A stretch of DNA of 40,695 nucleotides from Acholeplasmatales bacterium (GTDB lineage Bacteria > Bacillota_I > Bacilli_A > Acholeplasmatales > Anaeroplasmataceae): the NCBI GenBank assembly GCA_024695025.1, contig JAILIY010000178.1, positions 1 through 40,695 of the forward strand. The letters are read 5' to 3'. Below, in pieces: positions 8,784 to 18,011 of this stretch; the stretch's first letter is position 1; each line of letters begins with the position of its first letter. A model generated the notes under the pieces. The model worked only from the letters and a program-made list of their open reading frames with translations. It was not told where the DNA came from and searched no databases. A program made the position numbers and the translations under genes.

Positions 8784-9372
8784 TAAGATTTATAATGGTA
8801 ATTGGTTTGATTATAGAAATTTCATTATCGATAACGAGAAGAATTTATCAATCAACCCAATTGAGGCACATATCCTTATCAATTTATTAGATAAATATAA
8901 GATTTCAAATGAATTTGATAAAGAAGAATTAAAAAATAATATAAATGTATCTAATGATTCATTTGATAAAGCATTAAGTTCATTATTATCTAAAGAATTA
9001 TTTGAAATATATTTAAACGATAAAGATGGTAAATCATATGAAGCCTTTAATATGGATGGTTTTTTCTCAAGATGTGAAGCCATTTTAAATGGTAAAATAA
9101 GCATTAATGAGGATGAATTATTCGTAATTATTAAATTGATATCTAAAGCTATTAATAAGGTATTGAGTTCAAATGAAATTGAAATTGTAAAATCTTTATA
9201 CATTGAAGATAAATATACAATTGATAATTTCAAACAAGCCATTAAGAATTTAGATAACAAGAGAGTTAAAAATATAAAGACTCTAACAATTGAGCTTGAA
9301 TCTATAAGAAATAAACCTAAAAAGAACGAAACTCCAGAATTTTTAAAAGAATTTATAAATAAAGTAAAATAA
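8776..9372 (+). CDS. Probable divergent DnaD-like replication protein
   Basis: Coupled directly upstream of nth, as in the Bacilli dnaD-nth order. wHTH-like N-terminus and an LSSNEIE segment resembling the DnaB_2 domain start. Sequence is divergent. Confidence 0.55.
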   Translation: MLNKIYNGNWFDYRNFIIDNEKNLSINPIEAHILINLLDKYKISNEFDKEELKNNINVSNDSFDKALSSLLSKELFEIYLNDKDGKSYEAFNMDGFFSRCEAILNGKISINEDELFVIIKLISKAINKVLSSNEIEIVKSLYIEDKYTIDNFKQAIKNLDNKRVKNIKTLTIELESIRNKPKKNETPEFLKEFINKVK

Positions 9373-10010
9373 TGAATAAAAAAATTTCTAATGAAATACT
9401 AAATATCTTAAAAACGATAATAATAAATCCAAAACCAGAATTAGATTTTAACAATAATTTTGAATTAGTTGTCGCAGTCGCACTATCTGCCCAAACGACA
9501 GATAAAAGGGTAAATGAGGTTACTAAAATATTATTTGAAAAATATAAAACCCCATATGATTTAATGAACGCTAGTGTAGAAGATGTTAAAAATATTATTT
9601 CACCTTTGGGATTAGCTAAAAACAAATCAAATAATATAATAAATTTATCAAAAATATTAGTAGAAAAATATAATGGTGAAGTACCTGGTATAAAAGAAGA
9701 ATTAATAAAATTACCAGGAGTTGGGAATAAAACTGCCAATGTAGTCTTAGCTTTAGGCTTTAATGTACCAGCATTCCCTGTAGATACTCATTTAATTAGA
9801 ATGGCTAATAGATTAGGTTATGTAAAAGATGAAACAAATCCTAATTCTATTGAGAAAATATATAAAAAATATATTGATGAGGACCAGTGGATTTTAGCAC
9901 ACCATTTATTCTTGTTGTTTGGTAGGTATCATTGTAAAGCAATAAGTCCTGACTGTAAAAATTGTAAATTAATTAATTATTGTCGTTATAAAGACAAAAA
10001 AATGATATAA
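9372..10010 (+). CDS. nth: Endonuclease III
   Basis: LSAQTTD, HhH motif LPGVGNKTA, FPVDTH, and C-x6-C-x2-C-x5-C [4Fe-4S] motif. Confidence 0.96.
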   Translation: MNKKISNEILNILKTIIINPKPELDFNNNFELVVAVALSAQTTDKRVNEVTKILFEKYKTPYDLMNASVEDVKNIISPLGLAKNKSNNIINLSKILVEKYNGEVPGIKEELIKLPGVGNKTANVVLALGFNVPAFPVDTHLIRMANRLGYVKDETNPNSIEKIYKKYIDEDQWILAHHLFLLFGRYHCKAISPDCKNCKLINYCRYKDKKMI

Positions 10011-10054
10011 ATTTTAATAAAACAATAGTAATTTAACAAATTTTGTATAATAAT

Positions 10055-10088
10055 AAAAATTATGGCTCGTCTAGGCCGTAATTTTTTT
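10055..10088 (+). terminator. Probable terminator of the recG/plsX-rnc-dnaD-nth unit
   Basis: AAAAATTATGGC (10055-10066) pairs with GCCGTAATTTTT (10075-10086); T-run follows. Confidence 0.6.
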
Positions 10089-10184
10089 ATTTGAAAAAAT
10101 TTTTTTCTCAAATAATTTATTTTTAGTCTTTTCTCAAAAATATCCATATAATAAAAATGTATGGTAAATACTAGGAGGACTACT

Positions 10185-11381
10185 ATGAATACTAAGACAG
10201 TAAATAAATTTTTAGAAGAACACAAAAGAAGACAATCATGTTTGATTCACAAAAAACGAACTCATGATGTTGTTGGCATTGAGATTAAGAGTAAAAGAAA
10301 AGAATACAAAATGACATTAGAAGCACTAGCTGGTCGAAGTTGTTCCCAATCATATTTATCAAAAATTGAGAATAATAAGATTAGTCCTAATCTCGATATT
10401 CTAGAAGAAATTTGTATAAAGTCACATTTAACAAAGGAAGATATAGATAGATTGATAAAATCAGGTTTAATGTTGGAAGATGCTATGAATTCTTATATTT
10501 ATCATGATCTTGATTTCATTAAAGCTAAAGTTGATGAATTTAATTATTCTAATTATAGAACTGACATTTTAAAACTAATTTATTATGTATCTATTGAACA
10601 ATATAATGTGGCTCAAGAAATATTTGATAAAGTAATTGAATATGTTTCTTCACTACCAGAAGTTGATTTCATTATATTTTCAATAATTAGTGGATTTTTG
10701 TTAATTCATTCATATAGATTTGAGGAAGCAATAAAATCTGTTGAATCTTTAGATAGTTATATGTTAACTGAAGAGTTAGAAGTTGCTAGATTATTAGTGT
10801 TATTTAAAGCAAGTTTTGCCCTAAATACTGTAGATTGTATAGAATATTACAGAGATTTAGAAGCATATTTTATAACTAATTTAGAGGTATCAATGTTAGA
10901 AGAATTAAGATATTATATTTGTTTATATTTCTTAAAAAATAATTCAAGTAATCAATATTTTAAATATTTAAGAGGAATTAAAGACGAAAAATATACATCA
11001 TCATTAAATACTATAAATTGCTTTATGAATAATAAATTTGAATATATAAAAGCATCTTATGATAAATTATTGCCTTTTGCAGAAATGCTGAGAAAGATAG
11101 CAAATGATAGAAGATCATATTTATCTATTGTAAAAAACAAGACTGATTTATTTTATCATTTAGATTATGATCCTTTATTTGTCAATTATTTTGTGTGCAA
11201 AGAACCACAAGAAAAAATAGATTATATTTTTGAAAAAGTATTACCTATTTTAGTTAAATCAAATGATAATTATCTTAAATCATTTTATATAAATGAATTA
11301 TCTAATCTTGACCATCCAAAAAGATCGTCTCATTTGATGAAGTTTATTATGGCTTTTAATAATGAAAAAAGTGTTAAATAG
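10185..11381 (+). CDS. XRE-family HTH regulator with long helical C-terminal domain (RRNPP/PlcR/Rgg-like architecture)
   Basis: IKSKRKEYKMTLEALAGRSCSQSYLSKIENNKISPNLDILEEIC is an XRE HTH, followed by about 310 aa of Tyr/Leu-rich helical sequence. AGGAGG RBS before ATG 10185. Confidence 0.8.
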   Translation: MNTKTVNKFLEEHKRRQSCLIHKKRTHDVVGIEIKSKRKEYKMTLEALAGRSCSQSYLSKIENNKISPNLDILEEICIKSHLTKEDIDRLIKSGLMLEDAMNSYIYHDLDFIKAKVDEFNYSNYRTDILKLIYYVSIEQYNVAQEIFDKVIEYVSSLPEVDFIIFSIISGFLLIHSYRFEEAIKSVESLDSYMLTEELEVARLLVLFKASFALNTVDCIEYYRDLEAYFITNLEVSMLEELRYYICLYFLKNNSSNQYFKYLRGIKDEKYTSSLNTINCFMNNKFEYIKASYDKLLPFAEMLRKIANDRRSYLSIVKNKTDLFYHLDYDPLFVNYFVCKEPQEKIDYIFEKVLPILVKSNDNYLKSFYINELSNLDHPKRSSHLMKFIMAFNNEKSVK

Positions 11382-11387
11382 AGGCTG

Positions 11388-12836
11388 GTGTTAAATTTGA
11401 AGCATATTCGTGTTTATATTATTTCATTTTTATGCTTTATGACGCTTTTGATATTTGGTTTTAAAGCATATGCGGGAGATACATTTAGATATGAGTGGTT
11501 CAATACTAATATATATTTGAATATAGGCGAATCACCTAACGAATATAAAAATGTCCCTAGAGCTATACTTTATAGAAATAATCTCGCTTTAGAATCAGAT
11601 TATATTTCGTATGATACAAATGGGGATTGGATGTATTATTTTAAAAACATCAATACTAGTAAGGTTGGAACATATTATGTTTGGTATAAGGCATTTGACA
11701 GCAAATATATACCTGGTACTTGTACAAATTATAAGTGTTTAATAGCCTTTCATGTAGTAGACAATGTAAAGCCAACAGTTGAAGTAGTAAAAGATCAAAT
11801 AAATGTAAAGAGAGGTTCAACATTCGATTACGAAAATAATATAGTCTATAAAGATAATTATTCTAATGAATGTACTATTAAATTAATATCAGGTGCCGAT
11901 TTGAATACAGTTGGTACTTATGATGTATTAATGAGCGTAACAGATGAATATAATAACACATCTAAAATTTCCTATGAAATTAATGTGTATGATGATTCAA
12001 AACCATCAATTATATTTAGTGGATCTTTTAATACACTTTCTATAAATGTTAATTCTTCAATCGATATGAATCAATATTTTCAAGCATTTGATCCATATGA
12101 TGGGGATATTTCAAATAAGATAATATATCCACCTTTAGATACCTCAGAAATTGGTTCTTACGAATATACTGTCAGTGTTACTAATACCAATAATGTTACT
12201 GAGTATTATACGATTAATATAAATATCGTCGACGATATTACACCTAAAATGACGTTAATGAGTAGAGATATCATATTAGATTATAAATTTGATATTGATG
12301 AATATCCATTTTATGACAATGTAATAATAGAAGATAATACTCAAATTAATTATGATAATCTTTCGATTAATCACAATATAGTTAACGCGGTTGGAGTGTA
12401 TGATATTTGGTATACGTATACTGATGGTTCTTATCAAGTATCTGATACAGCTAGAGTAAGCTTAGTATCTTATAAAGCACCAGATATTGAAATAATAGAT
12501 AATGTTGAAATTAAGAAGAATACTAATATTGATCTATTTTCTTATGTAATAGTAAGTGATGAGAGTGATCCAAATATTGAATCATCTTTAACAATTGATG
12601 ATTCAAATGTCGACTACAACAAGAAGGGAAGCTATACAGCTGATGTATTCTGTATGAATTCAAGTGGTTTAAGTACAACTAAAAAGATGATTATTAATGT
12701 CGTTGGCAGTAAAAAATCATCTAATACAGCTTTAATTGTTGTTTCTATTAATTTAATTGTTGTTTGGGTTTTATTAATTGGACTAGTAGTAGGATTTATA
12801 ATTTATAAAAAAAGGAAAAGAAATAATGAATATTGA
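11388..12836 (+). CDS. Membrane-anchored surface protein with about 5 tandem Ig-like (DUF5011/HYR-like) repeats
   Basis: Signal peptide ending AYA. About 80-aa repeats with D..P and G.Y.(V/I) motifs (KVGTYYV, TVGTYDV, EIGSYEY, AVGVYDI, KKGSYTA). C-terminal TM helix plus KKRKR tail. Confidence 0.8.
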   Translation: MLNLKHIRVYIISFLCFMTLLIFGFKAYAGDTFRYEWFNTNIYLNIGESPNEYKNVPRAILYRNNLALESDYISYDTNGDWMYYFKNINTSKVGTYYVWYKAFDSKYIPGTCTNYKCLIAFHVVDNVKPTVEVVKDQINVKRGSTFDYENNIVYKDNYSNECTIKLISGADLNTVGTYDVLMSVTDEYNNTSKISYEINVYDDSKPSIIFSGSFNTLSINVNSSIDMNQYFQAFDPYDGDISNKIIYPPLDTSEIGSYEYTVSVTNTNNVTEYYTININIVDDITPKMTLMSRDIILDYKFDIDEYPFYDNVIIEDNTQINYDNLSINHNIVNAVGVYDIWYTYTDGSYQVSDTARVSLVSYKAPDIEIIDNVEIKKNTNIDLFSYVIVSDESDPNIESSLTIDDSNVDYNKKGSYTADVFCMNSSGLSTTKKMIINVVGSKKSSNTALIVVSINLIVVWVLLIGLVVGFIIYKKRKRNNEY

Positions 12837-12876
12837 TTCATCTTGTAGTAAAATATAAACTAACGAGGTGTTATCA

Positions 12877-15786
12877 GTGAAGGGATTCTTATATGGCAAA
12901 ACTGAATATAGCATGATGGAATCTATCAATAAAATTGATGATTATATTTCTTATGCAAGAAAATGTAATCATGATTTTTTATCTATGACTGATAATAACC
13001 TACACGGGGCTTATAAATTTTATAAGAAGTGTATTGATAATAATATTAAACCTATTATCGGATTAGATTTAAATTATATTTATGACAATAATTTAATTAA
13101 AGCTTTGATATATCCAAAATCAAATGAATCTTTTAAAAAACTTGTTAGCTTGTCTTCAAATAATCAGTTAGGAAAAGAATTATTAATTGATGTTTTAGAA
13201 GACTTTAAGGATGATTCATTTGTAATAATTCCATATGATTTATATTTAAGAGAATTATATATTAATGAAAATTATGATGAGATAGATAAATTATTATCGT
13301 ACATTTATAAAAATAATTATTATATTGGTATTTCATTAACTAATAATCCTAATGATCATAAAATGAAAGAATTTATGGATTATTGTTTAAACCAATCAAT
13401 TAAAATCATTAATATTCATAAATCATTATACTTGTATAATGATGACAAAGAAGTATTAGATATTTTATATAAGATTGCAGAAAATAAAATCAATTTAAAT
13501 AATGATTATTCCTTTTTAATTACACCTAAAACAGATTCGAATTTAGAATATATTATTTCAAATATAAATCTAAAGCTATTTGAAACTAAAGCGTTTCTTC
13601 CTAAATTTCCTAATACTAAAGGCTTAAGTTCTTTAGAATTTTTAAGAAGTTTATGTTTAAAGGGCCTTGAAAAGAGAGGCTTTATTAAAAATAAATTATA
13701 TGTCGATAGACTAAACTACGAGCTTGATATAATCCATAAGATGGGTTATGATGACTATTTTTTAATTGTTTGGGATTTCATTAGATATTCTAAACAAAAT
13801 GATATTTTAGTTGGGCCAGGACGTGGTAGTGCGGCAGGAAGCTTAGTGTCATATAGTTTAGGGATAATTGATGTCAATCCAATAAAATACAATCTATATT
13901 TTGAAAGATTTTTAAATCCGGAACGTGTATCAATGCCAGATATTGATACAGATTTCCCTGATGAAAAAAGAGGGGAAGTAATAAATTATGTTAAAAATTT
14001 ATATGGCGATGACAAGATTTGTAGTATTGTAGCTTTTGATAAATTTAAAATCAAATCAGCTATCAATGCAGTATCTAAAGCTTTAGGTATCGATTCAACT
14101 AGAGTGAAAAGATTAAGTGAAGCGATTGATGAATATGGGCTTGAACATATAACAGATTATTATAAAGATGATATGGAAATATCAAATTTATTAAGATTGT
14201 CATCTAAATTAGAAAACCTTCCTCAACATACTTCAACTCACGCAGCTGGTATTATTTTATCTAGTGAGACATTAGATGGATTCATTCCATTGATGAATGG
14301 CTCTATAGATATTTATCAGTCTCAATTTGAAGCTAAAGATCTAGAAGAATTAGGTTTGCTAAAAATGGATTTCTTAGGTATTAGGTATTTGACATTACTT
14401 AAGGAAATGATGGATAGAATTAATTTTTCAATGAAAGATTTAAGAAATATCCCTCTTGATGATTACAATACATATAGAGTTTATCAAAACGGTGATACAT
14501 TAGGTATATTCCAATTTGAATCAAAAGGCATGTCTGTGTATTTAAGGAAACTTAAACCAGAACATTTCAATGATTTAATAGTCCTTAATGCTTTATATAG
14601 ACCAGGACCTAAGGACAATGTTGATGAATTTATAAAAAGACGACATGGTTCAAAATTTGATTATTTACATAATGATCTAAAGCCAATATTAGAAGAGACA
14701 TATGGTATTATAGTATATCAGGAACAAATAATGGAAATTGCGAGAAAGTTCGCTTCATTTTCACTAGGAGAAGCTGATTTATTGAGACGAGCCATATCAA
14801 AGAAGGATTCTAAGAAACTAGACTTATTAAAGAATAAGTTTTTTGATGGTGGTTTAAAAAACAATTATGATATCAATACTTTAAACACTATATATGATTT
14901 AATATATAGGTTTGCAGATTATGGTTTTAATAAATCACATAGTGTAGCTTATTCTTTACTTTCTTATCAATTAGCTTGGTTTAAGGCTAATCATTTTGAT
15001 GTTTATATGATGGTATTACTAGATAACATTTCTAGAAATTCAATTGATAGAGAAAAATACATTAGGTATTCAATGACAAGAGGCTTAGTAATAAGACAAC
15101 CAGATATTAATATTTCAAAAGCTAATTTTATAAGCTTTAATAAAGTTATTTATATGCCTCTTTCCTCTATTCAGTCAATTAACAAAAATACTGTCGATAG
15201 AATAATAGAAGAAAGAAATAAGGGTCTGTTTAAGAATTTTGATGAAATGAAGGAAAGACTAAATTTCTTAACTAATGAAGAATATGATGCGTTAATCTAT
15301 TCTGGAGCTTTAGATTCATTTAATAAGACAAAAAAATCAATGTTAGATAGCGTAAATAATGAAAAACAAATATTTATGCAATTCATTGACTCTAAAGAGG
15401 ACGATGGAGAACTTGATTTTGAAACATTAAAAGAAAACGAATATAAATACATAAATATTAACTTAAAATACAATTTGTTTACTAATATCAATAAATTAGA
15501 AAAACAATATAAAACTTATAATTTTAATAGAATGAAACTAGGATTTAATTGTAACGTAATAGTTCAATTTTTAAATATTAAAGAAATAAAGACCAAAAAC
15601 AATGATTTAATGATGGTTGGAAGTCTTAAGGATAAGAATAATGAAATGAGATTTGTTATATTCCCTAGGACATATAGTACTATTAATTATAAGATTTCAT
15701 ACAATAAATTGTATTTAGTTAACGGCAATCTAAAAGAAGATAATGATGACATTAGTTTTATAATTAATGGAATCAAAGAATTGTAA
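12877..15786 (+). CDS. dnaE: DNA polymerase III alpha subunit (DnaE type)
   Basis: GPGRGSAAGS, FERFLNPERVSMPDIDTDF, STHAAG, KMDFLG, ALYRPGP, YQEQIM, FNKSHS and a C-terminal OB fold. GAGGTG RBS favours GTG 12877 over 12868. Confidence 0.95.
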   Translation: MKGFLYGKTEYSMMESINKIDDYISYARKCNHDFLSMTDNNLHGAYKFYKKCIDNNIKPIIGLDLNYIYDNNLIKALIYPKSNESFKKLVSLSSNNQLGKELLIDVLEDFKDDSFVIIPYDLYLRELYINENYDEIDKLLSYIYKNNYYIGISLTNNPNDHKMKEFMDYCLNQSIKIINIHKSLYLYNDDKEVLDILYKIAENKINLNNDYSFLITPKTDSNLEYIISNINLKLFETKAFLPKFPNTKGLSSLEFLRSLCLKGLEKRGFIKNKLYVDRLNYELDIIHKMGYDDYFLIVWDFIRYSKQNDILVGPGRGSAAGSLVSYSLGIIDVNPIKYNLYFERFLNPERVSMPDIDTDFPDEKRGEVINYVKNLYGDDKICSIVAFDKFKIKSAINAVSKALGIDSTRVKRLSEAIDEYGLEHITDYYKDDMEISNLLRLSSKLENLPQHTSTHAAGIILSSETLDGFIPLMNGSIDIYQSQFEAKDLEELGLLKMDFLGIRYLTLLKEMMDRINFSMKDLRNIPLDDYNTYRVYQNGDTLGIFQFESKGMSVYLRKLKPEHFNDLIVLNALYRPGPKDNVDEFIKRRHGSKFDYLHNDLKPILEETYGIIVYQEQIMEIARKFASFSLGEADLLRRAISKKDSKKLDLLKNKFFDGGLKNNYDINTLNTIYDLIYRFADYGFNKSHSVAYSLLSYQLAWFKANHFDVYMMVLLDNISRNSIDREKYIRYSMTRGLVIRQPDINISKANFISFNKVIYMPLSSIQSINKNTVDRIIEERNKGLFKNFDEMKERLNFLTNEEYDALIYSGALDSFNKTKKSMLDSVNNEKQIFMQFIDSKEDDGELDFETLKENEYKYININLKYNLFTNINKLEKQYKTYNFNRMKLGFNCNVIVQFLNIKEIKTKNNDLMMVGSLKDKNNEMRFVIFPRTYSTINYKISYNKLYLVNGNLKEDNDDISFIINGIKEL

Positions 15787-15819
15787 GAATCACATTAAAA
15801 AATGTGGTTCTTATTTTTT
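15784..15819 (+). terminator. Rho-independent terminator after dnaE
   Basis: TAAGAATCACATT-AAAA-AATGTGGTTCTTA stem followed by TTTTTT. Confidence 0.7.
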
Positions 15820-15826
15820 CTATTTG

Positions 15827-15854
15827 TTGACAACGACTATTTATATGATATAAT
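15827..15854 (+). promoter_or_regulatory. Promoter of the heavy-metal efflux operon
   Basis: TTGACA (15827-15832), 16 bp spacer, TG-A-TATAAT (-10 at 15849-15854). Confidence 0.8.
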
Positions 15855-15856
15855 AT

Positions 15857-15876
15857 AGTTGAACAGTTATTCAACT
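15857..15876. promoter_or_regulatory. ArsR/SmtB (CzrA-like) operator
   Basis: AGTTGAA-CAGTTA-TTCAACT perfect inverted repeat with TGAA-N6-TTCA core, covering the predicted start site of a metal ATPase operon. Confidence 0.7.
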
Positions 15877-15901
15877 GTTTAATCAAAAGTAGGTGAATAT
15901 A

Positions 15902-16108
15902 ATGGAAAAAATGATTAAATTTAAAGGTATTTGTTGTGCAAATTGTGCATCAAAGATTGAAAGAAAATTAAATAAGATGAAGGGCGTTGAAGCAAATATA
16001 TCTTATGTATCAGGTAAGATATTATTTAATCTTGATAACGAATCACTATATGAAAAGTGCATAGAATTTATAAAGAAAGAAGAACCAGATTTTGAGGTAA
16101 TTGGTTAA
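15902..16108 (+). CDS. Stand-alone heavy-metal-associated (HMA) domain protein
   Basis: GICCANCASKIE (CxxC), 68 aa. AGGTG RBS; TAATG overlap with the ATPase. Confidence 0.88.
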   Translation: MEKMIKFKGICCANCASKIERKLNKMKGVEANISYVSGKILFNLDNESLYEKCIEFIKKEEPDFEVIG

Positions 16109-17997
16109 TGATTAAGGAAAACAAGATATTAATTATTAGAATTATAATATCTACTATTGTCTGGATTTTTACGATTCTTTTAGAACATGTCATATTAAAT
16201 GATTCATTTAAATCTGAGATGATTTATTTGTCTTTTTATATAACAGCCTATTTAATTATTGGAATAGATGTTTTATATAAGGCTATAAAAAATATTTTAA
16301 GAGGCAATTTCTTAGATGAATTATTTTTGATGAGTCTAGCAACTATTGGGGCTTTTTTAATGAGATTATTTTCTCATAATGAATATAAAGAAGCAGTTGC
16401 GATAATGATATTTTTCCAAATAGGTGAAGTATTTGAAAAGATGGCTGTTTATAAGAGCCGAAATAAGATTTTAGAGACAATGAAGCTTCAGGTCTTTGAT
16501 GTAATGCTTTTGGATGGAACTATAATTAATCCTTGTGATGTAAAAATAGATGATATTATAATTATTAAGCCAGGTGAGATGGTACCTGTTGATGGAATTA
16601 GTTTATCTAATGGTGCCATAAATTGTGCATCTTTGACTGGTGAGGCACTAGATGTAGATGTAATTGAAGGTGATATTATATTGAGTGGTTCAATAAATTT
16701 AAGTACACCTTTAAAAATAAAAGTAAGTAAAGAATATAATGATTCAACTCAAAAAAAGATATTAGATTTAGTAGAAAATTCAACTATGTATAAAGCTAAA
16801 AGCGAGAAATTTATTACTAAATTTGCAAAATATTATACACCTATAGTTGTGTTAATTGCTTTGTTACTAGCGCTTTTACCACCAACTATATTAGGTTTTA
16901 TTCACGGCTTTGATATAACTGATTACAGGTTATTTATTAAAGAAGCTTTAATTTGTTTAGTTATTTCGTGTCCTTGTGCTTTAGTTGTGTCTGTGCCACT
17001 AACATTCTTTTCAGGAATTGGGGCAGCTGCCAAGAAAAAGATTATTATAAAAGGCAGTTCTCACCTTGAAGATTTATGTAGTGTCGATACTATAATATTA
17101 GATAAGACTGGTACATTGACAAAAGGTGAATTTGAGATAAGAGATATTATTTCATCTGATAAAGAAGAACTTATGAAAGTAGCTAAGGGCTTAGAATCAA
17201 AATCAACTCACCCATTAGCTAAGGCTATAAACAATTATAATTGTTTAGGTTATGAATTTGATATAGAAGAACAACCGGGCTATGGCGTTGTTGGTAAGAA
17301 AGACGGTAGTGTCTATTTATTAGGTAGTAAGAAATTATTAGGAAGATACAATATTGATGTTAGTCAAAGTAGCGATATCGGTTCTGAATTATTTATAGCC
17401 AAAGACAATAAATTAATTGGTTCTATAGTTCTTGAAGATAAGCTTAAGGATGAGGCAATCGAGGCAATTAATAAATTAAAAGAATTAAATATTAGAATTG
17501 TAGTATTGTCAGGTGATACTTTTGGTAGCGTCAAATCTATATGTGAAAGACTTGGCATAAAAGAATACTATCATTCATTATTACCTAAGGATAAGGTAGA
17601 AATCGCCTCTAAAATTATCAAATCAGAAGATACTAACAAAGTAATGTTTGTAGGAGATGGAATAAATGATGCCCCAGTTTTAGCCTTAAGTGATGTAGGC
17701 GTATCAATGGGCCAAGCTGGAAGTGACAGCGCAATAGAGGCAAGTGATATAGTAGTATTAAATGATAATTTAAATGCTTTGCCTAAAATGAAAAGAATCG
17801 CAAGAAAGACAAAAGTTATAGTACTTGAAAATATATTTATTTCCCTTATAATAAAAGTTGGTATTATGGTTTTATCAATTATATCTGCATTCAAAATATT
17901 AAATTTTGAACTTCCAATGTACGTTGCGATATTTGGAGATGTAGGTGTGTTGATTTTAGCTATTTTAAATGCCACAAGAGCCTTAAAGGCAAAATAG
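16108..17997 (+). CDS. cadA: Heavy-metal P1B-type ATPase (Zn/Cd/Pb, CadA/ZntA-like)
   Basis: LTGE, SCPC, DKTGTLT, HPLA, GDGINDAP, plus TM7 Lys and TM8 GDVG typical of P1B-2. Confidence 0.9.
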   Translation: MIKENKILIIRIIISTIVWIFTILLEHVILNDSFKSEMIYLSFYITAYLIIGIDVLYKAIKNILRGNFLDELFLMSLATIGAFLMRLFSHNEYKEAVAIMIFFQIGEVFEKMAVYKSRNKILETMKLQVFDVMLLDGTIINPCDVKIDDIIIIKPGEMVPVDGISLSNGAINCASLTGEALDVDVIEGDIILSGSINLSTPLKIKVSKEYNDSTQKKILDLVENSTMYKAKSEKFITKFAKYYTPIVVLIALLLALLPPTILGFIHGFDITDYRLFIKEALICLVISCPCALVVSVPLTFFSGIGAAAKKKIIIKGSSHLEDLCSVDTIILDKTGTLTKGEFEIRDIISSDKEELMKVAKGLESKSTHPLAKAINNYNCLGYEFDIEEQPGYGVVGKKDGSVYLLGSKKLLGRYNIDVSQSSDIGSELFIAKDNKLIGSIVLEDKLKDEAIEAINKLKELNIRIVVLSGDTFGSVKSICERLGIKEYYHSLLPKDKVEIASKIIKSEDTNKVMFVGDGINDAPVLALSDVGVSMGQAGSDSAIEASDIVVLNDNLNALPKMKRIARKTKVIVLENIFISLIIKVGIMVLSIISAFKILNFELPMYVAIFGDVGVLILAILNATRALKAK

Positions 17998-18011
17998 GGG
18001 AGAAAATATAT

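Noticed and set aside
9986-10225. 79-aa minus-strand ORF divergent from the XRE regulator, considered as a pheromone precursor
   Set aside because: It overlaps both neighbours, has no SD before either Met, and its K/F/I content simply reflects the A/T tracts and terminator.
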